NCBI GenBank assembly: GCA_030265395.1
Contig: JARFYF010000017.1
Coordinates: 11,423,111 to 11,487,110 of the forward strand
Direction: 5' to 3'
Source: Rhina ancylostomus
Lineage: Eukaryota
DNA: 64,000 nucleotides
Position numbers and translations under genes: made by a program. This document shows, one piece after another, positions 37,528 through 48,710 of this stretch. The notes beneath the pieces were generated by a model that was given only the letters and a program-made list of their open reading frames with translations, did not search any database and was not told where the DNA came from. Every line of letters begins with the position of its first letter. The first letter of the stretch is position 1.

Positions 37528-37790
37528 TTTACAGCGCCAGCAACCCAGGTTCAAATCCGGCCACTGTCTGAAAGGAGTTTGTACGTTCTCCCCATGTCTG
37601 CGTGGGTTTCCTCCGGGTGCTCCGGTTCCCTCCCACATTCCAAAGACGTACAGGTTGCGAAGTTGTGGGCGTGCTGTGTTGGTGCCGGAAGTGTGGCGAC
37701 ACTTGCGGGCTGCCCCCAGAACACTCAACACAAAAGGCGCATTTCACTGTGTGTTTCGATGTACATGTGACTAATAAAGAAATCTTATCT
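37528..37790 (+). mobile_element. V-SINE, young family
   Basis: B-box ggttcaaatcc, V-domain and tail tttcactgtgtgtttcgatgtacatgtgactaataaag. Confidence 0.93.
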
Positions 37791-37879
37791 TAAATAGCAG
37801 ACCCTTCTAAGATAATGCTCACACTTAAGGAATCTTCATTTTGAACTACTGCATTCCAATCTTTGTATTGAGATGATAC

Positions 37880-38120
37880 ACAAGTAGTCCCACCAACTCC
37901 CCCCAGATACTACCACTCACTCACACACAAGGGGCAATTTACAGTGGCCAATTTATCTAATAACCCGCATGTCTTTCCAAGTGAGAGGGAAGCAGAGTAC
38001 TCAAAGGAAACTCACACTGTCCAAGGGAGAATGTGCAAACTGCAGAAAGATGGCACCAGAGGTCAGGATTGAGCTGGGGCTGTGAGGCAGCAGCGTGACG
38101 AGCTGTGCCACTCTGCTGCC
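37880..38120 (-). mobile_element. Old HE1-type V-SINE
   Basis: ggggcaatttacagtggccaattt...gggagaatgtgcaaact...cagaggtcaggattgagc. Confidence 0.75.
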
Positions 38121-39269
38121 CCTTTCTTCCCCTTTCCTTTGCTTTACCAGGATTTGCACTTGGGAGGTGTTCACACACCATCATGGTGTCCTACTTCAGT
38201 AAGTATCGAGATACTTATTCAACCTAACCGTTCAGTACTGGTAGATGGAGGTGGCTCAATTCCAACATGAAGTAAGAGTAGAACTTCTCTCCTCTCCAGC
38301 CTTTTTCACAGTCCAGTGTTTCTCAAGGTCTCAAGGATCATTTAAATGTCCAAAGAACTTATTCACCTCAACCAGACAAGAATATTCCAAAATTTTAAAT
38401 ATTTATTTGCTGATACAATCAGTATTATGGAAAGAATATACAAGAATGACCAATGATAGTGTGCAACTGGTACAGCATGATTTTTGGAAGTAGTAATTTT
38501 TCCATATGGTATCTCACTCACTGAATACATATTGAATCCAATTACACTGATGTAGAAATACAGTCTGGGCACACACTGAATTTCTTTGCAAAGAAAATAG
38601 CATACTTTAAATTTGACAGCTGTCTATATTTTAATAATAATAATTCAAGAGAACAGAAAAATTCAGTAAACAGTTTTTCACCAAGGGCATAATCTGTCAG
38701 AATCTGAAAAATCAGACTTGACAGAGTTCCCATGTTTCACTCCTTGTGAGGGAGAATAGCATGTTGGGCTAAGAAAAATAGAGGCATGTCCAGATAAAAC
38801 AGGACCACTGCCAAGCAAGGCACTATCACAATCCAAATAAGAAAAAAAGTTAGATGGAAAGAGCTAAAAACTGTTCCAAACCTTGCTTCTTATAACAACT
38901 GAAATAAAAATTACAAAGGAGCACACATTTAAAATACAAAAGTGATGCATCATAAATTGGGGAATGGGAGTAACAGCACTCATTGCAGATACAGTTCAGT
39001 GAAGGGAATTCATTTGCATCGCTTTTGAGAATGGCCCACAGCCCAGACCTCCCAACTGCATTGGAACCGATCACAGGATATTGAAGTGCCAATTATTAAC
39101 ACAGGGAAGCATGTCTGCCAGTCATTGTTTATAAATATGGTTCTAATGAGGCTGTAATTATCAATTATTAATGCTGCAAAACAAAAAAAAATAAGTAGTA
39201 CCATGGCTTATTCTTGTCATCCATGAAGTCAGCTTTATCCCCACCTTTTAAGTGAAAAGACTGTCACGT

Positions 39270-39390
39270 TAAGTCCCACTTGGAGACTCCAACACACCAT
39301 TTCAATTAACACTCCAATGTTCTAATGAGGAAGCAATGCATTCTCATAGGTTGCCTCTTTCAGTTCAGGCATTAAATCAAGACTCAAAGC
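39270..39390 (+). mobile_element. Deu-domain SINE fragment
   Basis: aagtcccacttggagact...acactccaatg...tgaggaagcaatgca...tctttcag. Confidence 0.5.
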
Positions 39391-39404
39391 ACTGTTAGAT
39401 ATTA

Positions 39405-39875
39405 GATATTTATTTATTAGTCACATGTCCATTGAAACACACAGTGAAATGCATCTTTTAGCATTACTGGGAATGTGCTGGGGCAGCCTGCAAGTGTCAG
39501 CACTCTTCCATTGACAACACAGCATGCCCACAACTCCTAACCTGTACATCTTTGGAATGTGGGAGGAAACTGGAGCACCCGGAGGAAACCCATGCAGNNN
39601 NNNNNNNNNNNNNNNNNNNNNNNNNNNNNNNNNNNNNNNNNNNNNNNNNNNNNNNNNNNNNNNNNNNNNNNNNNNNNNNNNNNNNNNNNNNNNNNNNAGC
39701 ATGCCCACAACTCCTAACCTGTACATCTTTGGAATGTGGGAGGAAACTGGAGCACCCGGAGGAAACCCATGCAGACACATGGGGAGGACGTACAAACACC
39801 TTACAGACAACAGCGGGAATTGAACCCGGGTCACTGGCGCTGTAATAGCGTTATGCTAACTGCTACACTACCCTG
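39405..39875 (-). mobile_element. V-SINE, young family, split by a gap with overlap
   Basis: Tail at 39405-39450 and head at 39810-39875; 77 bp is duplicated across the gap. Confidence 0.9.
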
Positions 39876-40129
39876 TCTGTTCAAATAAATGCAGAGGGTG
39901 GTGGGGTCTCTTGAAGTCTGAACCAACATATTTTCCTCTACGAACAATACTGACAATGGATTGTGAGATAATTTATCTGACTGGGATCTCCAAAATCTTA
40001 TTGTATCCAAAATGGCCTTTGCTTTTGCCTTCTTTTGACAATGACCACAAATCGCAGGTAGGCAATGAGCTATGACATGCTTTTGGATGTCTGGAATAAA
40101 TGGAATTTGGCTTATTTTTTTATCCTTCA

Positions 40130-40435
40130 TATACCTGAACTTATCAAAAGCTTTCTGATCTGCACCAAACCAACGTCAACAATCCCTTGTTGAATTAATC
40201 TGTGTTCCTCCCCAGTTCACCTTGATTTAAAAAAGATAGCCTTGGGCTTCTAAATCTATCCTTGATTATATCCATTTCTCTCCCAACAGGCCAACAACCT
40301 CCAAGAACGCTGCATTTCTCTACTTTGGTCACTTCTTTTATTCCCTGTTCACACTGCTCCACCACTGGAGGTTGTGCCTTCACCATCTGGACCCCATGCT
40401 CTGGAACCCTTTCCCTTAACCTCTCTGCCTACCCA
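40130..40435 (+). mobile_element. L2-like LINE ORF2 end
   Basis: tccaccactggaggttgtgccttcacc...ctctggaaccctttccct resembles GGRAFS....LWNSLP. Confidence 0.55.
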
Positions 40436-40744
40436 CAATTCAGAATCAGAATTATTATCACTGACATATCTCCCCCTCTGGTTCACTGTCAATCTTTTTC
40501 AAATGATATCAATGAAGTAATCTTTCCTCAAATGAAGGCACTATTTAAATACAGATTACTCTTACTGACTAATGTAACTCAAGAGTTCAAATAATGACTT
40601 CAGCCGGAAGGAGAGCAAAATGTTTTTCACAGTCAATGGAACCCGAAGATGCAGTTATAACTTTGAAACCCTCTATACTGTTTGTGGGTAATTTATCTTG
40701 GCTGAAGTGGTTTGCCTCCCTATAAGCAGCCACTCAGGAAGCCT

Positions 40745-41030
40745 GGGCTAGAACCAGGGGTCACAGTCTCAGACTAAGGAGTAGCCTGTTTAGGACTCAG
40801 GCAAAGAGAATTATTTTTCCTGCAAAAAAATGGAATTCTCTACACCAGAGACCTGAGCTCAGTCATTGGGTTCATTCAAAACTGTGATAAATGGGAGTTG
40901 TGGTTATTCAACAAATCAATGGATAAGGGATAGTGTAGAAAAATAGCACAGAGATCAGCCGCCATCTTGGTGTAGGTCAGCACAAACTGGAAGGGTCAAA
41001 TTCCTACTCACGTTACTGTTTCTTATGTTA
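40745..41030 (+). mobile_element. Old CR1 3' fragment
   Basis: ctagaaccaggggtcacagtctcag...gatcagccgccatctt...ttcttatgtt. Confidence 0.7.
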
Positions 41031-41619
41031 TGATTTTTGTATTTTCTGATGCCCATTAGCACCTTTAAAGTTGCTTGTGAGAACAAGTGGGACAATTCAA
41101 GGAGATTTCCTGAGTTCAGCAATTGATCACTAATAAATACACGCTCTGCATATGAGAACAGCTTTATCTTTAGGGCTCACTCCAATTGCCATCCTTATTA
41201 TTTGTTACACCACGTAGTATTGTCACGGATATCCTGCTTTTCTCAATCAAACAACAGACGTAAGTTACAGAAAGAATGCTTGCCTGCATAACATTAATTC
41301 ATTCAAGTGCCTTGAGATGTTTCAAAGGTATTTGCAAAATATTTTAAATGCAAACCTTTCTTTTCATGACTGAGAATGTTTTAATAATTACAAAAGCCTA
41401 GTGACCTGTAAATTTTATAAAACATAATGATTTGGTAATAGATTGATTCAAACCTCAATTTCAGAACATCTGAATTCAGTCATCAGCTGAACCACCTGCC
41501 TTTCATCCTTACTGGGTCTAAATCCATGTACTCCCTACCAGCAGCAATGTGCAAGGACCTTCACCATTAGGGTTGCAGTGGTTCAAGGCAGCAGCTCTCC
41601 ACCACTTTCTCAAAGATAA

Positions 41620-41840
41620 TTAATTGGTAAATTGGTTTATTATTGTCACATGTCAAGGAAAGGTGAAAAACTTTGTTTTGCATGCTGTCCCTACAGATCA
41701 TCTCATCACATCAATGCATCAAGGTAGTACAAGGGAAAAGCAATAACAGAATGGAGAATAAAGTGTTACAGTTACAGCGAAAGTGCACTGCAGGCAGACA
41801 ATAAGGTACAAGGCCATAACAAGGTAGATCGTGATGTCCA
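41620..41840 (-). mobile_element. LINE 3' tail (Rex1-like family 2)
   Basis: (aattggt)n tail and tttattattgtcacatgt..., homologous to 7729-7819. Confidence 0.75.
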
Positions 41841-41954
41841 TTAGGCATAGGCAAGGATGCCCAGATCCCCAGAAAATGAATAAATGAAAAAAAAATATCA
41901 ACTAAAGGTCAGGTGACAGCATTGAACCTGGCATTGTGTCTTCAATGGTCTGGG

Positions 41955-42295
41955 CCAGAGATTGAGCACGAAGATCTAGGCTGATACTCCCACTGGATTC
42001 CCAGTACTGCAAAAAATGTGACGAGTGTTCTTTGTCCGATGGAATGTTAAATCCAGTTCTCTCAAACACTCAAAGAAACACAGGAGTGTTATTCTTGAGA
42101 TTTTCCCTCAGTTAATATCACTAAAAGGCTAATCAGCTTATTACTATCAAAGCTGCTTGTAGAGTCGCCTCAACACAAGTTGACTACTGTATTCTCTACA
42201 TTAAAACACAGATAATTCAAAGGTACTTTATTGTCTATAAAGTACTTTGGAATGTCCTGAACTTATGAATTTTGCAACATTGTACAAGTCTTTCA
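41955..42295 (+). mobile_element. Deu-domain SINE (SacSINE1/AmnSINE-related), old
   Basis: ctaggctgatactccca...tccctcag..aatatcactaaa...aaagtactttggaatgtcctga...caagtctttc. Confidence 0.6.
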
Positions 42296-43419
42296 TCTAT
42301 TTCCATGTCTTCAAACTCTCCTTTGCCACAACCTCCTAAATGATAAATTTGTTTACAATAGCTTCGCAAGCTATTTTGTCATGACCAACATTACGTATTG
42401 CTTCCAAATTCTCTTATAGAAAAGATCTAAAGACTATTAAAACAGCATATAAAAAATTATTTACCAGGTAATTTTGGTTTGGTTTCTAATAGGCCACTGT
42501 ATAATTCTTTTCAATAAATTATCTATAAATATCAAAACATTTCCTTTATTATTAACTAGCAGCCGAACGTAGAGAATAACTAAACATTTAACCACATTAA
42601 ACAAAGTCTTGTGCAAGGTCAAATATACTAATTTGTTTGAATTTAAAAAATGAATCAAACACCTGGTCTTTCAACTGCAATTGCCAGGAATTGAAGCTGT
42701 ATGATTTAATAAAAAAGCAGTTAGATGTGTTGCAGTGATCTGCTTCCTCGCAAAAGGTTTCCATAAGGTAAATATTTCCTGTACTTCCTCCTGAAAGATG
42801 GAATGTGACAGAAAGTAGGGCACTTCTCAAGTGGCCAAAGGAAAAACACACACACTAGTTGAAACTACAAATTCAACAGATGAGCTTTCACTGATTGTGA
42901 CTCCCATGGCATCTGCCTTTTTCCCTCTGTACTGACCTTCTCACTGGCTAGAAAATTAAAGTTCAATAACCAACCACAAAAGACATGTCCCTTGTTAAAA
43001 TAAACATGCCAGGTCATAATCTCTAAAGCACAATATTAGAGAATGGTGCCCAAAAACTCACATAAAAATGATTTGCAATAAACTGGGAGTTTTACTTCAA
43101 TTTATAGCCAGCTATAAAACCACAAAAGGTGAATTATGGCATAAAATTGCAGTTTAATTTGTCATTTACAAGCTCATTCATATAGTTAATGTTTTAATAA
43201 TCTGTAGTGGTGAGTTAGGAAGACATTGCTCTCAAGTGTGTGTGGCTTTATCACAAGGTCAACTGTACAATTTTTGATATCTGCTAAATTACATTAAAGA
43301 CACTTTAGGTATTCACAGTTTCCAGTTGCCAGCAGTTAACCAGTGGCTCCTTCATCATGAAGGTGAAGATGAACAATCAAATCTTCAATTCTCTCTCTTT
43401 TACTTTGAGAGATCCTCAG

Positions 43420-43990
43420 AGATGACTTGTTTCCACTTTAGTACTGAGTTCTGAAGGACTGATGGGTCCAATGTGGGTCCTGCAGACTCTGTGTAAGGGA
43501 GGAGAGTGGGTGTGTGACAGGAGGGATGGATAGTTTTGGAGAGGGCACACTATATTCACCACTTGCATTGGGCTTCTGTGTGATCCCATGAATGGACTTG
43601 AAGTCCTCAATGCCAACACAAATACTTCTGTATTTTAAGATGTCAAGGGACAGAGATTCCAACTGGCAGGTGGACATATTACAACTTTCCAAGTTGGCTT
43701 TGAGAATACCCCTGCCCACCTGGTAATCTACTGACATAATGGAGCTTGAAGTAGAGTATTTGCTTCAGAAATCTGGTGTTGGACATATAAATGTGACCTG
43801 CCCGTCAGAGTCAACTGAGTTCCACCAGCAGATTGTTTGTTGCTGCATCTTCTCCAACCCTGACACTGAAGTTACCCTAGAGGATCTAGGTGCCTCTCTC
43901 TGGCATATGCACCAATATAAGGCAGGGTCTTTTCAAGGTCAGAGCAGAAGTCCTCTTTGGACACATCCATAGCTTCCAACACTTGGGTAT
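43420..43990 (-). mobile_element. RTE-clade LINE 3' fragment
   Basis: Minus strand encodes RAGHIYMSNTRFLKQILY, ILKANLESCNM and CRTHIGPIS, typical of the RTE ORF C-terminus. Confidence 0.75.
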
Positions 43991-44004
43991 ATAAGATATT
44001 CATA

Positions 44005-44303
44005 TATATTTATTTATTAGTCACATGTACATCGAAACACACAGTGAAATGCACTTTTTTGTGTTACTGAGTACGTTCTGGGGGCAGCCCGCAAGTGTCG
44101 CCACGCTTCCAGCGCCAACATAACATGCCCACAGCTCCTAACCTGCACGTCTTTGGAATGTGGGAGGAAAACGGAGCACCCAGAGAAAACCCATGCAGAC
44201 ATACAGGGAGAACATACAAACTCCTGACAGATAGTGGCCGGAACTGAACCCCGGTCGCTGGCACTGTAATAGCATTACGCTAACTGTTACACTACCGTGC
44301 CAC
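44005..44303 (-). mobile_element. Full-length V-SINE, young family
   Basis: Head gggtggcacggtagtgtaacagttagcgtaatgc through tail gtacatgtgactaataaa. Confidence 0.93.
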
Positions 44304-45361
44304 CCGAATATGCCCTGATGTACGTAGAGGGCTGGGTTTCTGTTAAAGTGAGCCAGAGGGTCATGGGACATTCACTTATCCCACAGGAGGTGTCATTGAG
44401 ATGCAAGACCAGCTTAATCCCAGTGACAAAGCCTGCACCATGAAGATGGTGTTTCTCTCCCAAAAAGGTATACCCACTGCTTTGTTCTTTGAGCAGGTCA
44501 TCACCTGCCCATTATGCTTCACTCAGGACAGCAATGTCAATGTAAAAGTGTCTTTGTTCCCAGGCTATGACAGAGGAGCAACACTCAGGTTGGTCACTAC
44601 TAGAGTAGGTCTTTAAGGTCCTGGCAGTTCAGATCCTGAACATCATTATTAGTGGCAGTTGCTCATGTGGGATTTCCTTTCATATGGAATAGCCATTGCA
44701 TACCAGTTACTGCACAGACTTGGTATTGTGTTGATGCAGTGGCAAGGGATACAAAAAAGGATATCAGGAATACACACACATAAGCAGACACACAGTGAAG
44801 TACCAATCAGCACATATCCACTCACTCACACACAGACGTGGGCTCAGGTTCAGATATCCTTGCTTCTCACCCTCAATTTCCTCTTCCTTGATGCTACTTT
44901 CCTTCAGTTGCCCCACTCCAAGGTTCCTCCCCACCATCCTCAGACTGCCTGCATCTTCTCTGCACCCTGCTGCTTGGGCTCCCCACCTCCTTCCTTCCCT
45001 GCATCACCCACCATTTCACCTGAAGCTACTGGCATCAGTCCTCCTGCATGCCAGGCTGGAGTATGTGAGGAATGAATGCTGCTCGATGGTGATGCACTGG
45101 CCTTTCCTCAGGGCTGCAATGTGATGGTGAGGAGGTCGGGGGGTGGGGTGGGGGGAGTGGGAGGAGTGGGTGGAACATGTGGTGGATTTTGGCTGGGATG
45201 CTGGAGTGGTGAGCTGAGATCTAAGAACATAGGGAGGGGGTAAAGCCAAAGGGCTGGAGGAAAGAGAGGGGAAAGGATACCTGGTGAGGGGCAATCTCAA
45301 ATAAACTTACTTCCAACTTAACAGACATGAATATTTTGAGAGGCATTTCACAAACTCTTTG

Positions 45362-45845
45362 AATCCATAATAGAGTCATAGAATTATACAGCATGGAATT
45401 ATACAGTTTCAGCCCAACTCATCCATGCCAACCAAGTTGCCTACCCGGGCTAGTCCCATTTGCCTGTGTTTGGCCCATATCCCTCTAAACATTTCCTATC
45501 CATGTACCCATCCAAATGTCTTCTAAATGTTGTAATTATACCCCCCTCTACCACTTCCTCTGGCAGATCATTCCACATACCCACCACCCTCTGTTTGAAA
45601 ATGTTGCCCCTCAAGTCCCCTTTAAATTTCTCCCCTCTCACCTTAAACTTATGTTCTATAGTTTTAGACTCCCCTGGGAAAAAAGACTGNNNNNAAAAGA
45701 CTGTGACTATTCACCTAATCTATGCCCCTCATGATTTTACATATCTCTATAAGGTTGCCTCCTATGCTCCAGGGAATAAAAAATGTCTCTCTTTATAATT
45801 CAAGCCCTCCAATCCTGGTAACACACTTGTGAATCTTTTCTGCAA
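45362..45845 (-). mobile_element. CR1 LINE 3' fragment
   Basis: ORF RGEKFKGDLRGNIFKQRVVGMWNDLPEEVVE. Confidence 0.92.
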
Positions 45846-45879
45846 CCTGTATCCTGAATATTATCTCTAGTTGTCTAAC

Positions 45880-46240
45880 AAAAAGATATTTGTGGATCAA
45901 AACCACAGCCCGATACAAAATGCAGCATCTGCCAGGTAATTCCCTGCCTTCCTGAACTCTTCTAAGATCTGGACTCTCTTCAACAGACATCTCAAACCAC
46001 TGGAAAATAGCACCAATGCTGTGCTTGAAAAATCCTCCAAATCCACTGACAGAGAATCAAATCAATAACAACATCCTCTCGCAGGCCAAAATTCCCAGAA
46101 CATAGGCCCTGATTACATTTAATCAGCTGTTCTCATGCCTAACACCAGGCTCCCATAACTGACACTCCATTCCAAGTTCTGGCACAGGATGTCCAAGGAT
46201 GTTCTCAAAACCTCCTGTCACCTCACAACTCCTGATACTG
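45880..46240 (+). mobile_element. RTE-clade LINE fragment
   Basis: Encodes a decayed VIPALL..SKIWTLFNRHLKPLE...KILQIH segment. Confidence 0.6.
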
Positions 46241-47959
46241 GGGTGGAAGTAGGTCATCCTGAGGGACTAGCAAGGAAGATTATCTTGATCAAAAATTTGG
46301 TTAGGACAACAGCTAAAAGGAACTGGACTGGTTAACATGTTGGCAGCCACAATGCAAGGTCAATCAGACTTCTTGAAGTTTGGGTATTAACTGGTCAGTG
46401 CAAGACACCATTCATTGGTGAAAGAACTCCACAGACCAAGGTCTGAATCTAGGCTGTACAGTGTCTGAGAGAGAGAGAGGAGGAACTTTATCTCCACTAG
46501 GATTTTCCCAAATGCAAGCCATCAGACACGGGGATATTCCACACAATTATGGCCTTGTTAGAAAGAGAACAAAAGTTGTTACTAAGGAAATACAGTTAAA
46601 CACAGTAAAGCCTTTTGCTCCGGATTTGTGGTTCAGGCACATTGTTGGATAGAGCTTCATTTTCCATCTTGCCATGTTATGCTCAAGTCAGAACACAGAA
46701 ATTCACTTCACTTAATCTGCTAAGAGGTTTCTGTAGGATTCCAAAATTATAGCTTCCAAGTAAAATCTGAATTCAAAATGCATTTTTTTAAAGATTGTTC
46801 CTAAAGCACACGACCACAAAAAGAATGGGAGACAGAGCTCACCAATGTATTCCAGTTTTACAAATTCTATCAAAATAAACACAGTGCTTGAAAGACAGGG
46901 ATTAATTGAAAAAAAATTATTGTAGTATGATGCAATTGAAAGCAGACAAAAATGTTCTCTATCAACACAAGATGCATAACACTGGCCAACAGCAACCTCA
47001 AGATTCCACATTTAAACTCCATTGGCCTCCAGATTTATATTTTCAGAGGAATTGTAGTATATTTTGCAGAAAGGTAACTACTACAATAATAATAAACACC
47101 AAAATGCATAATTATTTCTTTGGGCACTCTTCACCTAATTTTACTTCTTGCTGGTGTATATCAAAAAAATAAAATGCAATAAATTGTGGTTAACAATCCC
47201 CTATGTGTTCACATTCTGATCAGTTCATTGTAGACTTAGTTTCACAGATACATTAACTGGCTCCCACCCAGCTTTCCCTAACTGCACAAATGGGAACCTA
47301 AATAAAAATATCAGGAAAAAAAACATAGAAAGCTATTAAATAAACTGAGACTTTTGTATTTTATATATACACAGGTCCACATAATTTTGCTTTAAAATGC
47401 AGTTTCCCTAAGTTACTTCAGAAATTGTAATCCACTTTGTGAGCTTTACAAAGAATAGATGCTATGAATGTCCAGCAGTTTAGTGTGCCATTAATAGTAC
47501 AGCAACAATTATACACCAGATGCAAAAGCAGCTCAATGTTACTTTACCATTATGCTAAAGTTAGAATCTGCTGCAATATTATGTAGCGTAAATCATGCAT
47601 AATAATTCAAACCACAGTGTTAAACTACTTTTAATAACGCAAAGTGTTAAATACAGTTATACATCTGTGAAGAGAATGAAGACGGAGAATAAACAAGGAA
47701 ACGTAACAATTAAAAGATTCTGCAAAAACACATTGCTCGAATATAGTGCAAGTGTCTGGGATTAGAGCAAAATGTTTTTAATCTTCAACACAACATCAAA
47801 CAGAATATCATTCCTTCAGATAACTACTCCTCATTGGAGCTTGCTGCAACAAGGCTTCCCATATAAGGTTTGATGTACTGAATTCTTTTCAATAAAGCAA
47901 TCCTTAGACCTCTCAATATCACCTTTAAACTCTACAAAATATTCTAAATCAAGTATTTA

Positions 47960-48710
47960 TTTACTAGCATCATGTCTTACCTAATTGATTAAAGATGGAA
48001 GCACAAAGTCCTTTCAACACAAAAAACTGTCCTTTATATTGCTTCCTTGTTGGAAAAGGCAATGACGAGATGTAATTTCAGCTTTTTGAGTTTATTTTGC
48101 CTGTTTTTATACTTTGTGGCACTCACAATATATTTATTTATGGTTCCAGCAAAGGGAAACAAATTACCCTCTTAATCTTCATCTCTAGGACAACAAAAAA
48201 TTAAAACAAAATGCAAAAAGCATTAATAAATATCTGAGGGTAATTTGCTTTTAAGCTTAGGGTGAATAAGGTGAATTGAAATGCCTTATTCTTAAGCTTC
48301 AAAAAATTTATCAGAGTTAAACCTCAATTACAGATTAATGTTCGGTAGGCAAAGTTAATAACAAACATTATTTCAAGTCTCTTGGCAATGCCTGCCACAT
48401 AGAAAAATAGGCAGCATATAACAATTAGCTCCATTCTCACTGCCAGACTTGTCATAAGGAAGCAAACAGTCAACGTACAACAACAAATGTAAGTAACAGA
48501 TTGGTCATTTCTTTCTTCTACAGGGTACATTTCTGTCTCTCCTTCAATGCTCAAAGTGGGGAAATATTCTCACAAGGTACGTAATTAGACCAGCGTATTC
48601 AGCGATCCCCAATGACACTGTTATGAGAGGTGGAGTGCAATTTATTTATTTGAAAATCCCCTTGGCAGTAACCTCTGACACTAAAATAATTTCCCAAGGA
48701 AAAACATAGT
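47960..48710. promoter_or_regulatory. Candidate conserved non-coding element / enhancer
   Basis: Repeat-free unique sequence, dense in TAAT/TGATT homeodomain-type motifs, inside a TE-poor block. Conservation is inferred, not measured. Confidence 0.45.

Noticed and set aside
37444-37793. Recurring small ORFs (WVSSGCSGFLPHSKDV, YVFGMWEETGAPGGNP) suggesting a peptide family
   Set aside because: These are translations of the V-SINE, not genes.
39521-39774. 77-bp duplication inside a SINE producing repeated-peptide ORFs
   Set aside because: Identical copies on both sides of a 100-N gap; assembly overlap.
44230-44303. tRNA-like A/B boxes
   Set aside because: SINE head; no complete cloverleaf, and it continues into the V-domain.
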